A stretch of 64,000 nucleotides of DNA from Isoptericola halotolerans. GTDB taxonomy: Bacteria > Actinomycetota > Actinomycetes > Actinomycetales > Cellulomonadaceae. Every line of letters begins with the position of its first letter. The first letter of the stretch is position 1. The notes below the pieces were generated by a model. That model ran no database searches. It was not told where the DNA came from and saw nothing but the letters and a program-made list of their open reading frames with translations. The stretch is taken from assembly GCF_013149785.1 (NCBI RefSeq), contig NZ_JABEZU010000001.1, positions 1,426,001 through 1,490,000 on the forward strand, read 5' to 3'. The position numbers and the translations under genes are program-made. Positions 1 to 11,200 of the stretch are shown here, piece after piece.

Positions 1-2
1 GA

Positions 3-470
3 CGTGCCCGGGCCGCAGAGCTGCTCGGGCTCGTCGGTCTCGCCGACTTCGCCGACCACCGCCCGGACCAGCTCTCGGGCGGGATGCAGCAGCGGGTCGC
101 GATCGCCCGGGCGCTCGCCGAGAGCCCCAGCCTGCTGCTCATGGACGAGCCGTTCGGCGCGCTCGACGAGATGACCCGTGAGCACGTCCAGACGGAGCTG
201 CTGAGGCTGCGGGCGGAGTCCGGTGCCGCCGTCGTCTTCGTCACCCACTCCATCCCCGAGGCCGTGTACCTCTCGGACCGGGTCGTCGTGATGTCCGCCC
301 GGCCGGGCCGGGTCCGCGAGATCGTGCCGGTCGCGCTCGGCAGCGCCGGTGACCGGACCGAGGAGCTGCGCGAGGACGACCAGTTCTTCGACCGGGTGCG
401 GGCCGTGCGCGAGGCGCTCCACGGCACGGACCCCGCCGACGGCACCGCGCGCGGGGTGGACCAGCGGTGA
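3..470 (+). CDS. NitT/TauT-family ABC transporter ATP-binding subunit (5' partial)
   Basis: Open frame from the window edge; signature LSGGMQQR, Walker B LLLMDEPF, H-loop FVTHS. Confidence 0.9.
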   Translation, partial: RARAAELLGLVGLADFADHRPDQLSGGMQQRVAIARALAESPSLLLMDEPFGALDEMTREHVQTELLRLRAESGAAVVFVTHSIPEAVYLSDRVVVMSARPGRVREIVPVALGSAGDRTEELREDDQFFDRVRAVREALHGTDPADGTARGVDQR

Positions 471-1243
471 GGGCGGCCGGCCGGTGGCGTGAGGTTCTCG
501 CGCCCGTCCTGCTCGGTGTCGTGGCGCTGCTGGCGTGGCAGGCGACCGTGATCGGCCTGGAGCTCCGGCCGTTCGTCGTGCCGAGCCCCACCGCGATCGG
601 CGAGCAGCTCGTGGACCACGCCGCGGTGATCGCGGCGGCGAGCTGGTCGACGGCTCGCAACGCCTTCTGGGGACTGGTGATCGGTGTGGCCGTGGCGCTG
701 CTGGCCGCCGCGGTGTCCGCCGCCGTGCGGGTGGTGGACGAGATGACCGCGCCGCTCGTCGCCGCGGCCGCCGTCGTGCCGATCGTGGCGCTGGCCCCGG
801 TGCTGTACACGATGTTCGGCGCGAACGCGCAGACCGCACGGGTCGTCGTGGCCGCGATCGTGTCGTTCGTCCCGGTCTACGTCAACACGCTGCGGGGCCT
901 GCGGACGGTCACGCCGGTCCACCGTGACCTCATGCGGGTCTACGCGGCGACCCGCCGCCAGGCGACACGGGTGGTCACCCTCCCCGGAGCGCTGCCGTTC
1001 TTCTTCTCCGGGCTGCGGGTCGCGGCGTCCGTGGCCGTCATCTCCGCCCTGGTCGCCGAGTACTTCGGCGGTCCGGTGGACGGGCTCGGCAAGGCGATCA
1101 CCTCTGCCGTGTCGTCGAGCAACTACCCGCTCGCCTGGGCCTACGTCGTCGGGGCCGTCGTCATCGGCCTCGTCTTCTTCTGCGCCACGCTCGCCCTCGA
1201 GCGCGGTGTGCTCCACCGCGGGAACCTCCGCCAGCGACCCTGA
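467..1243 (+). CDS. NitT/TauT-family ABC transporter permease
   Basis: Hydrophobic helices, 'VVPSP' and 'LVAEYFG' motifs typical of SsuC/TauC permeases; GTGA overlap with the upstream gene. Confidence 0.88.
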   Translation: MRAAGRWREVLAPVLLGVVALLAWQATVIGLELRPFVVPSPTAIGEQLVDHAAVIAAASWSTARNAFWGLVIGVAVALLAAAVSAAVRVVDEMTAPLVAAAAVVPIVALAPVLYTMFGANAQTARVVVAAIVSFVPVYVNTLRGLRTVTPVHRDLMRVYAATRRQATRVVTLPGALPFFFSGLRVAASVAVISALVAEYFGGPVDGLGKAITSAVSSSNYPLAWAYVVGAVVIGLVFFCATLALERGVLHRGNLRQRP

Positions 1244-1265
1244 ACGACCACGAGAGGAACGGAAC

Positions 1266-2414
1266 ATGAAGCACACAGCGCGCACCACCCTCGGGATCGG
1301 TGCGATGGCGACCACCGCCGCGCTCGCCCTGTCGGCCTGTGCCGGCGAGGCCGAGTCGGCCGACGTCGGCTCGGGCGACGGGCTGACGCCCGTCACCCTG
1401 CAGCTGCAGTGGGTGGCGCAGGCGCAGTTCGCCGGCTACTACGCGGCGCTCGACCAGGGCTACTACGAGGACGAAGGACTCGACGTCACGATCGTCGAGG
1501 CCGGCACCGACACCGTCCCGATCGACGTCCTCGCCGCCGGCGACGCCGACTACGCGATCTCCTGGGTGCCCAAGGTGCTCGGCTCCATCGAGCAGGGCAC
1601 CGAGGTGACGAACGTCGCCCAGGTGTTCGAGCGCTCCGGGACGCTGCAGATCGCGTTCGCGGACTCGGGCATCTCGGGACCGGAGGACCTCGCGGGCAAG
1701 AACGTCGGCTCCTGGGGCTACGGGAACGAGTGGGAGCTGTTCGCCGGGATGCAGGAGGCGGGCCTGGACACCTCGAGCGACATCTCCCTGGTGCAGCAGG
1801 CCTTCGACATGAACGGGTTCCTCGCCGGAGACATCGATGCGGCGCAGGCGATGACGTACAACGAGTACGCGCAGGTGCTGGAGACCGTGAACCCCGACAC
1901 CGGGGAGCTCTACCAGCCGGAGGACCTGACCGTCATCGACTGGAACGACGTCGGCACCGCCATGCTGCAGGACGCCATCTGGGCCGACACCGCGCGGCTG
2001 GCCGAGGACGACGCCTACGCCGAGACCACCGTGAAGTTCATCAAGGCCTCGCTCCAGGGATGGGCCTACGCCCGCGACGACGCCGAGGCGGCAGCCGGCA
2101 TCGTCACCGCCGCCGGCTCCACGCTCGGCCAGAGCCACCAGCTCTGGCAGACCAACGAGGTCAACAAGCTCATCTGGCCCTCGACCTCGGGCGTCGGCAC
2201 GATCAACGCCGACCAGTGGGAGCAGACGGTCGACATCGCGATGGGTACGCAGAACGAGACCGGCGCCAGCATCATCACCTCCGAGCCGCCGGAGACGGCC
2301 TACTCCAACGACTACGTCGAGCAGGCGCTCGCCGAGCTCACCGAGGACGGCATCGACGTCCTGGGCGAGGACTTCGCACCGATCGACGTCACCCTCCTCG
2401 AGGGCGGCGAGTAG
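1266..2414 (+). CDS. ABC transporter substrate-binding lipoprotein, NMT1/THI5-like
   Basis: Signal peptide with lipobox LSAC; 'LQWVAQAQFAGYYAA...GYY..EGLDV' motif; GAGAGG RBS before ATG 1266. Confidence 0.88.
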   Translation: MKHTARTTLGIGAMATTAALALSACAGEAESADVGSGDGLTPVTLQLQWVAQAQFAGYYAALDQGYYEDEGLDVTIVEAGTDTVPIDVLAAGDADYAISWVPKVLGSIEQGTEVTNVAQVFERSGTLQIAFADSGISGPEDLAGKNVGSWGYGNEWELFAGMQEAGLDTSSDISLVQQAFDMNGFLAGDIDAAQAMTYNEYAQVLETVNPDTGELYQPEDLTVIDWNDVGTAMLQDAIWADTARLAEDDAYAETTVKFIKASLQGWAYARDDAEAAAGIVTAAGSTLGQSHQLWQTNEVNKLIWPSTSGVGTINADQWEQTVDIAMGTQNETGASIITSEPPETAYSNDYVEQALAELTEDGIDVLGEDFAPIDVTLLEGGE

Positions 2415-2510
2415 CACCCCGGGCACCGGGCGTGGCGCCGCACCCCCTCGGTGGCGCCACGCCCGGCCCCTCGTCCGCCCACCCCCGTCGGTCCCACGGA
2501 AGGAACCCCA

Positions 2511-3836
2511 GTGGACACCGCCCCCCTCACCGGCGCCGACCTCGACGCCGCGGTCCTTGCAGCCGATCACCGCCACGTGCTGCACTCCTGGTCCGCCCAG
2601 GCGCACCTGCCGTCCTTCGTCGTCGCCGGTGGTGCGGGCTGCCGGGTCTGGGACCATGCCGGGACCACCTGGCTGGACTTCTCCAGCCAGCTCGTCAACA
2701 CCAACATCGGCCATCAGCACCCCGCCGTCGTCGCGGCGATCAAGGAGCAGGCGGACCTGCTGACGACCGTCTCGCCGGCCACCGCCAACGCCACCCGCGC
2801 CGAGGCCGCCGAGCGCATCCTGGCACTCGCGCCCGCCGCGTTCCGCAAGGTCTTCTTCACCAACGGCGGCGCCGACGCCAACGAGAACGCCGTCCGCATG
2901 GCCCGGTTGCACACCGGGCGCGACAAGGCGGTCTCCGCCTACCGCTCCTACCACGGCAACACGGGCGCCGCCGTCGTCGCCACGGGAGACTGGCGGCGCG
3001 TGCCGAACGAGTACGCGCGGGGTCACGTCCACGCGTTCGGGCCGTACCTGTACCGGTCCGACTTCTGGGCCGACTCGCCGGCGCAGGAGTGCGAGCGCGC
3101 CCTGCAGCACCTCGAGCGCGTCGTCGTCGCCGAGGGGGCCGCCTCGGTCGCGGCGATCCTGCTGGAGACGATCCCCGGCACCGCCGGCGTGCTCGTCCCG
3201 CCGCCCGGCTACCTCGCCGGCGTCCGCGAGATCTGCGACCGGTACGGCATCGTGCTCGTCCTCGACGAGGTGATGGCCGGGTTCGGCCGGACGGGCTCGT
3301 GGTTCGCCTTCTTGCAGCACGACGTCGTCCCGGACCTGGTGACCTTCGCCAAGGGGGTCAACTCCGGCTACGTGCCGGCCGGCGGCGTGCTCGTCAGCGC
3401 CGAGATCGCCGCCACCTTCGACGAGCAGGTGTTCCCCGGCGGGCTCACCTACTCCGGCCACCCGCTGGCGATGGCCGCGATCGTCGCGACGCTCGACGCG
3501 ATGCAGTCCGACGGCGTGGTCGAGAACGCGGCCCGCATCGGCCGCGACGTGCTCGGTCCAGGCCTCGCCGAGATCGCGGCCGGGTGCCCGCTCGTGGGCG
3601 AGGTGCGGGGGACCGGCGTCTTCTGGGCCCTCGAGCTCGTGGCCGACCAGGACTCACGCGCCCCCCTGCCCCCCACCGTGATGGCCCGGATCAAGGGGTT
3701 GTGCCTGGAGCGCGGCCTGCTGCCGTTCGTGGCCGAGAACCGCGTGCACGTCGTGCCGCCGTGCATCATCGGCGAGGATGAGGCCCGCGAGGGCCTCGGG
3801 ATCCTCGCGGGCGTCCTGCGCGACGTCACGACCTGA
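2511..3836 (+). CDS. Class III PLP-dependent aminotransferase (taurine/beta-alanine-pyruvate type)
   Basis: 'SYHG', 'DEVMAGFGRTG', 'DLVTFAKG' (PLP lysine), 'TYSGHP'. Confidence 0.88.
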   Translation: MDTAPLTGADLDAAVLAADHRHVLHSWSAQAHLPSFVVAGGAGCRVWDHAGTTWLDFSSQLVNTNIGHQHPAVVAAIKEQADLLTTVSPATANATRAEAAERILALAPAAFRKVFFTNGGADANENAVRMARLHTGRDKAVSAYRSYHGNTGAAVVATGDWRRVPNEYARGHVHAFGPYLYRSDFWADSPAQECERALQHLERVVVAEGAASVAAILLETIPGTAGVLVPPPGYLAGVREICDRYGIVLVLDEVMAGFGRTGSWFAFLQHDVVPDLVTFAKGVNSGYVPAGGVLVSAEIAATFDEQVFPGGLTYSGHPLAMAAIVATLDAMQSDGVVENAARIGRDVLGPGLAEIAAGCPLVGEVRGTGVFWALELVADQDSRAPLPPTVMARIKGLCLERGLLPFVAENRVHVVPPCIIGEDEAREGLGILAGVLRDVTT

Positions 3837-3890
3837 GCCGCCGTCCTGGCCCGCCACCATCGGCCACCATCGCACCACCGAGGAGATCCG

Positions 3891-4682
3891 ATGAGCACCA
3901 CCCCCGCGCCCGCACGCCGCATCCTGGTCACCGGCGCCTCGTCCGGCATCGGCGCCACCACCGTCCGTCGTCTGCGCGCCGAGGGGTTCGACGTCGTCGC
4001 CGCGGCACGGCGTGCCGACCGGCTCGAGGCGCTCGCGGCCGAGACCGGCGCCGAGGCCTACCCGCTGGACGTCACCGACGACGACGCCGTCGACTCCCTG
4101 GTCGCCCACCTGAGCGAGACCGGCGGGCTCGACGGCGTGGTGAACAACGCCGGGGGCGCGTTCGGCCTCGACCGGGTCGAGGACGCCGACGTCGACCAGT
4201 GGCGGCACATGTACGAGCTGAACGTCCTCGGCACCCTGCGCGTCACGAAGGCCGTGCTGCCGTTGCTGCGGGCGGCGGCCGAGCGTCGCGGAGGCGCGGA
4301 GGGGGGCGGCGCCGACGTCGTCGTCGTCACCTCGACTGCCGCGCACGGTGCCTACGAGGGCGGTGCCGGGTACACCGCGGCCAAGCACGGCGAGCGGATG
4401 CTGTCCACGACCCTGCGTTGGGAGCTCGCCGGCGAGCCGGTCCGGGTCGTCGAGATCGCCCCGGGCGCGGTCGCCACCGAGGAGTTCTCGCTGGTGCGGT
4501 TCGACGGCGACGCCGAGAAGGCCGCGGCCGTCTACGAGGGCTACCAGCCGCTGCAGGCCGACGACGTCGCCGACGCCATCGCGTACGCCCTGACCCGGCC
4601 GCCGCACGTCAACCTGGACCTCATGGTGATCCGGCCCCGGGCGCAGGTGCACAACACGAAGATCGCCCGCACGGGCGTCTGA
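3891..4682 (+). CDS. Short-chain dehydrogenase/reductase (YdfG-like)
   Basis: TGASSGIG Rossmann motif, NNAG, YTAAK catalytic motif. Confidence 0.9.
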   Translation: MSTTPAPARRILVTGASSGIGATTVRRLRAEGFDVVAAARRADRLEALAAETGAEAYPLDVTDDDAVDSLVAHLSETGGLDGVVNNAGGAFGLDRVEDADVDQWRHMYELNVLGTLRVTKAVLPLLRAAAERRGGAEGGGADVVVVTSTAAHGAYEGGAGYTAAKHGERMLSTTLRWELAGEPVRVVEIAPGAVATEEFSLVRFDGDAEKAAAVYEGYQPLQADDVADAIAYALTRPPHVNLDLMVIRPRAQVHNTKIARTGV

Positions 4683-4692
4683 CGTCGCGGTG

Positions 4693-6048
4693 TCATGCCG
4701 CTCCGGACCGAGACGTTCGGTGCGGTGCGCGGCCGGCAAAGGCGATGACCGGCAGCACGAGCAGCGCGAGCAGGCCCCCGCCGAGGGAGAGGGCCGCGAA
4801 GCTGGACCCGGCGACGACGAACCCGGACCCGAGCCCGCCCGCCGCTCCGGCGAGCGCCACGGCCAGGTCCACCGACCCCTGCGTGCGAGCCCGGGTCGCC
4901 AGGGGCACCGACGTGGTGAGCAGGGCGGTGCCCGAGACCAGCCCGAGGCTCCAGCCGAGCCCGAGCAGGCCCAGGCCGACGGCCAGGCCGGCCACCGACG
5001 ACGGCGGGACGAACGCCGAGACCAGCCCTGCGGCCAGGAGCGTGGCCGCGGCCGCGACGGCCACGCGGATCGGTCCGAAGCGGTCGGTCAGCCACCCCGA
5101 CAGGGGCGAGGGCAGGTACATCATCCCGACGTGCACGGCGATCACGAACCCCGCGGTGGCCACGGCGTGCCCGTGGTGCTGCATGTGGATGGGCGTCATC
5201 GTCATGATGGCGACCATGACGCCCTGGGTGAGCACCATGATCGTCCCGGCGAGCAGCACGGTGCGGCGCACCTGGCGGTCGGTGGGCTCGACCGGCGTGG
5301 ACGCTGGCGCGACCGTCGCCGTCGAGCCGGGCTCCGACGGGGCGACGGGGTGGGGTGCGGGTCGCGCCGCGACGGCGGCGCGCTGGGCCCGCTCGCGGGC
5401 GAGCAGCAGCGGGTCCGGTCGCAGCAGCACCCACAGCACGACGCCTGCCGCGGCGTAGGCGACGCCGCCGAGGAGGAACGGCCCGGCGAGCGGCGGGATG
5501 CCCCAGCCGGCTGCGAGGTCGCCCATCACGCCGACGAGGTTGGGGCCGGCGACGGCGCCCACCGTGGTCGCGACCAGCACCGTGGAGACGGCTCGTCCGC
5601 GTCGTTCGGGCGCCGCGAGGTCGGCGCCCGCGTACCGGGCCTGCAGGTTCGTCGCGGTGCCTGCCCCGTAGACGGCGAAGGAGATGAAGAGCAGCACGAC
5701 GTCGTCGAGCACGGCTGCGACGACGACGCCCGCCGCGCCGACAGCCCCCGTGAGGTAGCCGAAGGTCAGGCCGGTGCGGCGGCCCCACCGCTGGGAGAAG
5801 CGGCCGACCAGGAGCGCGGCCGCCGCAGACCCTGCGGTGAACAGCGCGGCGGGCAGCCCGGCGAAGCTGGTCGCCCCGAGCATGTCGGCAGCCAGCAGGG
5901 CGCCGACGGTGATCCCGGCGGCGAGCCCGGCACCAGAGAGGACCTGCGCGAGGACGAGGACGAGGACCGTCCGGCGTTGCTGGGCGTCGGGCACCGTCGT
6001 GGGCGGCGCGGCGTCGTCGACCGCGGTGGGGTCGGGGCGTGCGCCCAT
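4693..6048 (-). CDS. MFS transporter
   Basis: About 12 hydrophobic segments; MFS loop motifs 'GRFSQRWGRR' and 'GWLTDRFG'; start chosen at ATG 6048. Confidence 0.85.
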   Translation of the reverse strand: MGARPDPTAVDDAAPPTTVPDAQQRRTVLVLVLAQVLSGAGLAAGITVGALLAADMLGATSFAGLPAALFTAGSAAAALLVGRFSQRWGRRTGLTFGYLTGAVGAAGVVVAAVLDDVVLLFISFAVYGAGTATNLQARYAGADLAAPERRGRAVSTVLVATTVGAVAGPNLVGVMGDLAAGWGIPPLAGPFLLGGVAYAAAGVVLWVLLRPDPLLLARERAQRAAVAARPAPHPVAPSEPGSTATVAPASTPVEPTDRQVRRTVLLAGTIMVLTQGVMVAIMTMTPIHMQHHGHAVATAGFVIAVHVGMMYLPSPLSGWLTDRFGPIRVAVAAAATLLAAGLVSAFVPPSSVAGLAVGLGLLGLGWSLGLVSGTALLTTSVPLATRARTQGSVDLAVALAGAAGGLGSGFVVAGSSFAALSLGGGLLALLVLPVIAFAGRAPHRTSRSGAA

Positions 6049-6052
6049 TTCA

Positions 6053-6074
6053 TTCTCCAAAGATCCATGGAATA
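6053..6074. promoter_or_regulatory. Candidate ArsR-type operator between the divergent MFS and ArsR genes
   Basis: AT-rich imperfect inverted repeat TCCA-N8-TGGA (ttctccaaagatccatggaata) next to the MFS start. Confidence 0.45.
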
Positions 6075-6195
6075 GTGGATTCAACGGTAGGCGACGAACG
6101 GGGCGCCTGTCCACGACGAACCGACGGGCGACGGGAACTCGACGGTTCCTGGCAGGCACGCGCGCGTCCGGTGCGGCAGAGCGAGGGAGACGACG

Positions 6196-6855
6196 ATGGG
6201 TCGGCGCGAGGAGAAGGAGCTGCTGTTCGACCAGTTCGCGCACGTGGCGCGGGCGCTCGGCAACGCCAAGCGCCTCGAGCTCGTCGACCTGCTCGCCCAG
6301 GGCGAGCGCTCCGTCGAGGCGCTCGCGGCGACGTCGGGCATGAACCTCACGACCGTCTCGGCCAATCTGCAGGCGCTCCGTCGGGCGAACCTCGTCGCGA
6401 CCCGACGAGAGGGGACCCGCGTCTACTACCGGCTCGCCGGCCCCGACGTCGCCGGGCTGTACCTGCAGCTGCAGCGCGCTGCCGAGGCCAGGTCACCTGG
6501 TCTGTCGCCGGCTGCCGAGGCCTTCCTCGGGCCGGACGACACCGAGGAGATCGGCCGCGACGAGCTGCTCCGTCGTCTCGACGAGGGCAGCGTCACCCTG
6601 CTGGACGTGCGCCCGGCCGAGGAGTACGCCGGCGGGCACCTGCCCGGGGCCGTGTCGATCCCGTACGACGAGCTGGCCGAACGCCTCGACGAGCTGCCCA
6701 CCGGGACAGAGGTCGTCGCCTACTGCCGCGGCCCCTACTGCGTCCTGGCCCACGACGCCGTGCGGACGCTGCGTGACCGGGGCCGCGTCGTCCGGCGGCT
6801 GGCCGACGGCGTGCTGGAGTGGGAGGCGGCGCGGCTCCCGGTCGTCAGCTCCTGA
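6196..6855 (+). CDS. ArsR/SmtB-family regulator fused to a rhodanese domain
   Basis: N-terminal winged HTH (RLELVDLL...VSANLQALR...VYYRL); C-terminal 'LLDVRP.EEY..GHLPGA', 'YCRGPYC'. Confidence 0.9.
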   Translation: MGRREEKELLFDQFAHVARALGNAKRLELVDLLAQGERSVEALAATSGMNLTTVSANLQALRRANLVATRREGTRVYYRLAGPDVAGLYLQLQRAAEARSPGLSPAAEAFLGPDDTEEIGRDELLRRLDEGSVTLLDVRPAEEYAGGHLPGAVSIPYDELAERLDELPTGTEVVAYCRGPYCVLAHDAVRTLRDRGRVVRRLADGVLEWEAARLPVVSS

Positions 6856-7640
6856 CCCAGGAAGTCACGCAGCACGGCGATCCAGTCGTCGCGCGCGTCG
6901 AGGTGGGCGTCGTGGCCCGCACCGGCGAGGTCGACCCGTCGGGTCAAGGGGCGGCGACGGATCAGCTCGTCCTTGGCCTGCGCGGTGAACAGGCCGTCAT
7001 CGGCGAAGATGGCGAGCGTCGGTGTGGTCAGGGCCGCCCACTCGTCCCACCGGGGGACGTGGACCGCTGCGATCACGGCCTCCATGACGTCGGCGTCGAA
7101 CCGCCGGCGCAGCCCCCCGACGGTCCTCTCGAGGTCGGCGATCCAGGCGTCCGCGAGCGGGGACTCTCCGAGGAAGGCTCGTGCCGCCGCCTCGTCGGCG
7201 AAGACGGACGGCCAGGACGCGAAGAACTCACCGATCGCACGCGCCGCGCCGGGATCGTCACCGGCGACGTGCCCCTCGAGCATGACGAGACGGTCGACCA
7301 GGTCGGGGCGGGCGGAGGCGGTGAGGAAGGCCGTGTGCGCTCCCATCGACTGTCCGACGAGGCGCACCGGGCCGGCGTCCAGCTCCTCGATCATCGCGAC
7401 GACGTCGGCGACGAACGCCTCGCGGGAGACGTCGCGGGGCCGCCGGCTGCTGCGTCCGTGACCGCGCTGGTCGACCAGGAGCACGTGGAAGCGGTCGGTG
7501 AGCGCGTCCGCGGTCGGCAGGAGCTCGCGCGAGCTGCCTGCCAGGCCGTGCAGCAGGACCACCGGCGGGCCGTCGCCGCCGCGGTCGGTGACGGCGAGGC
7601 TCACGCCGTCCCGCCGGAGAGTCAGCGCGGGCGTCGTCAT
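6735..7640 (-). CDS. Alpha/beta-fold hydrolase
   Basis: 'LLHGLAG', 'DQRGHGRS', nucleophile elbow GQSMG, catalytic His in 'GAGHDAH'. Confidence 0.85.
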   Translation of the reverse strand: MTTPALTLRRDGVSLAVTDRGGDGPPVVLLHGLAGSSRELLPTADALTDRFHVLLVDQRGHGRSSRRPRDVSREAFVADVVAMIEELDAGPVRLVGQSMGAHTAFLTASARPDLVDRLVMLEGHVAGDDPGAARAIGEFFASWPSVFADEAAARAFLGESPLADAWIADLERTVGGLRRRFDADVMEAVIAAVHVPRWDEWAALTTPTLAIFADDGLFTAQAKDELIRRRPLTRRVDLAGAGHDAHLDARDDWIAVLRDFLGQELTTGSRAASHSSTPSASRRTTRPRSRSVRTASWARTQ

Positions 7641-7955
7641 CGGCAGGAGCCCCTTCGAAGTCGTCGGATGTCGGGCAAAGCGTACGGACTACTGGCCTCG
7701 GCGGCGAGGAGGACGGCGGCGACAACCGGTCTGTCCTGGTGAGACGTCCGGCGTCCGCTCGGGATGCTGCGCCTTCAAGCCGTGGACGCCGACCGGTGCC
7801 TCGGTGCCGGTCCCGTCGTGCAGGGCAGTGCCGTCTCGCTGCTGCTCGCGGCCTCAGGGCGCCCGTGCGCCCCGGCGAGCTGCTGGGTGCCGGTGCGGGC
7901 GGCCTGGTCTCCGCCGGCTGACCGGCGGTTTGCACGGGCTCGCTATCATCGACAG

Positions 7956-8215
7956 CACAGGCGTCGACCCGGCCATCACCGGTGAGCCTCCGGAAGAACA
8001 GAGCGACTCGTCGCTCCCAGTAGAACCGGACGGGCAGGCCCGTCACAGCCGTCAACGAGTGGTGGACCCCGATCCTCGACGTGAGGGGTCCGCAAGCGGG
8101 GTGGTACCGCGGCACGGTCCGCGCGACGTCCGAGAACCGGGCGGCGGGCGAGCCGACGTCGTCCTCGTGCCGCAGTGCCGTCGTCGTACCCGTCGCTCGT
8201 CCCAGGAGCCCACCC
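7956..8215 (+). ncRNA. Actinobacterial ileS T-box riboswitch (translational type)
   Basis: Short stem I ccggccATCaccgg with Ile specifier ATC (7975-7977); T-box AAGCGGGGTGGTACCGCGG (8094-8112); -10 TATCAT at 7944; directly upstream of the ileS RBS. Confidence 0.92.
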
Positions 8216-11200
8216 ATGGCCTACCCGTTGCACCGCTCCGTCCCGTCGTCCGGGAGCACCCCCGGCGAGGCGTTCGGCATCCCCGCCTCCCCGCGACTGC
8301 CCGAGATCGAGCAGGACGTCCTGGCCTACTGGGCGTCGGACGACACGTTCCGCGCCTCGGTGGACAAGAACGACGCCGGGCAGGACGGCGACAACGAGTT
8401 CGTGTTCTACGACGGCCCGCCGTTCGCCAACGGCCTGCCGCACTACGGCCACCTGCTGACGGGCTACGCCAAGGACGTGGTGCCCCGCTACCAGACGATG
8501 CGCGGCAAGCGTGTCGAGCGCCGGTTCGGCTGGGACACCCACGGCCTGCCCGCCGAGCTCGAGGCCATGAGCCAGCTCGGCATCAAGACCAAGGACGAGA
8601 TCCTCGAGCTCGGCATCTCGACGTTCAACGACGCCTGCCGCAGCTCGGTGCTGAAGTACACCTCCGAGTGGCGCGACTACGTCACCCGGCAGGCGCGCTG
8701 GGTCGACTTCGACCACGACTACCGCACCCTGAACCCCGACTACATGGAGTCGGTCATGTGGGCGTTCTCCGAGCTCTACCGCAAGGGCCTGGTGTACTCC
8801 GACTTCCGGGTGCTGCCGTACTGCTGGAACGACCAGACGCCGCTGTCCAACCACGAGCTGCGCATGGACGACGACGTCTACCAGAACCGCCAGGACCCGG
8901 CGGTGACCGTCGGCTTCGAGGTGGTCTCGGTGCCCGACGGCGGTTCGGACGCCGTGCGCCCCGGCGACAAGCTCCTCGTGTGGACCACGACGCCGTGGAC
9001 CCTGCCGTCCAACCTGCTGGTCATGGTGGGCGAGGACATCGACTACGTGGTCGTGGAGTCCACGTACACCGGGGAGGCGCAGCGCTACGTGCTCGCCGAG
9101 GCGCGCCTGGGCCACTACGCCCGCGAGCTGACCGACGAGGGCGCGGACGAGCCCCGCGTCGTGGGCCGCCTCACGGGAGCCGACCTGCTCGAGGCCGTCT
9201 ACCGTCCGCCGTTCTCCTACTACGAGGGGCGCGAGCGGGCCCATCGGGTCGTGGCCGCGGACTTCGTCACGACGACGGACGGCACCGGTCTGGTGCACTC
9301 CGCGGGTGCCTTCGGCGAGGACGACAAGATGGTCTGCGACCGCGAGGGCGTGGCCTCGGTCATGCCGGTGGGCGCCGACGGGAAGTTCACGCACCCCGTC
9401 GACGAGTACGCCGGGCTGCAGGTCTTCGACGCGAACCTGCCGATCATCGACCACCTCAAGGCCACCACCCGCGGCGAGCCCGACGCCGGTTCGGTCAGCT
9501 CCGGCACGGTCCTGCTGCGCCGCGAGTCCTACGACCACTCCTACCCGCACTGCTGGCGCTGCCGCCAGCCGCTGATGTACATGGGGGTGTCCTCGTGGTT
9601 CGTCGAGGTCACCAAGATCAAGGACCGGATGCTCGAGCTGAACGAGCAGATCTCCTGGACGCCGGACCACATCCAGCACGGCCAGTTCGGCCGGTGGCTG
9701 GAGAACGCCCGGGACTGGTCGATCACCCGCAACCGCTTCTGGGGGTCGCCCGTGCCGGTGTGGCAGAGCGACGACCCGGCGTACCCGCGTACCGACGTCT
9801 ACGGCTCCTTCGCCGAGATCGAGCGTGACTTCGGCCGGCTGCCGCGCAATGCGGCCGGAGAGCCTGACCTTCACCGCCCGTTCGTCGACGAGCTGACCCG
9901 CCCGAACCCGGACGACCCGACGGGCCGGTCCACCATGCGCCGGGTCGAGGACGTCCTGGACGTCTGGTTCGACTCCGGCTCGATGCCGTACGCCCAGGTG
10001 CACTACCCGTTCGAGAACGCGGACTGGTTCGAGCACCACTACCCGGGCGACTTCATCGTGGAGTACATCGGCCAGACGCGTGGGTGGTTCTACACGCTGC
10101 ACGTCCTGGCCACCGCCCTGTTCGACCGCCCGGCCTTCCGCACCGCCGTCTCGCACGGCATCGTGCTCGGCTCCGACGGGCGCAAGATGAGCAAGTCGCT
10201 GCGCAACTACCCGGACGTGTCCGAGGTGTTCGACCGCGACGGCTCGGACGCCATGCGCTGGTTCCTCATGGCCTCGCCGATCCTGCGCGGCGGCAACCTG
10301 GTGGTCACCGAGGACGGGATCCGTGACGCGGTGCGCCAGGTGCTGCTGCCGTTGTGGAGCACGTACTACTTCCACACCCTCTACGCGAACAGCGCCTCCG
10401 GGCCCGACGGCGCAGGCTACGTCGCGAGGCCGGTCGCGCCCGAGCGGGTGGCAGGGCTCCCGGCCCTGGACCGCTACCTCCTGGCGCGGACGCACGACCT
10501 CGTGGTCACGGTCACCGCGCAGCTCGACGCCTACGACATCTCCGGCGCCTGCGAGACCGTCCGCGAGCACCTGGACGTGCTGACCAACTGGTACGTGCGC
10601 ACCCAGCGGACGAGGTTCTGGGCCGAGGACGCCGACGCCTTCGACACCCTGTCCACCGCGCTGGAGGCGCTCTGCCGGGTCATGGCGCCGCTCGCGCCGC
10701 TGCTGACCGAGGAGATCTGGCGCGGCCTGACCGGCGGCCGGTCGGTGCACCTGGCCGACTGGCCGACCACGGGTAACTCCCCGGCACTGGTGCGCGACGA
10801 CGCCCTGGTCGCGGCCATGGACGAGGTGCGCGCCGTCGTGTCGACCACCCTGGCCCTGCGCAAGGCGAACCAGCTCCGGGTGCGGCAGCCGCTGGCACGC
10901 CTCACCGTGGCGGTGCCCGACCCGGCCGCGCTCGTGGACTACGTCGGCCTGCTCACCTCCGAGCTCAACGTCAAGGCCGTGGAGCTGCTGACCGCCGACG
11001 CCGAGGCCTCCGAGCGGTTCGGCATCACCGAGCGGCTCGCGGTCAACGCCCGCGCTGCCGGCCCGCGCCTGGGGCGCGGCGTGCAGGCCGTGATCAAGGC
11101 CGCCAGGTCGGGTGCCTGGCACAAGGACGAGGCCGGGGGCGTCGTGGTCGCCACCGCCGACGGCGAGGTCCCGCTGCTCGCGCCGGAGTACGAGCTGACG

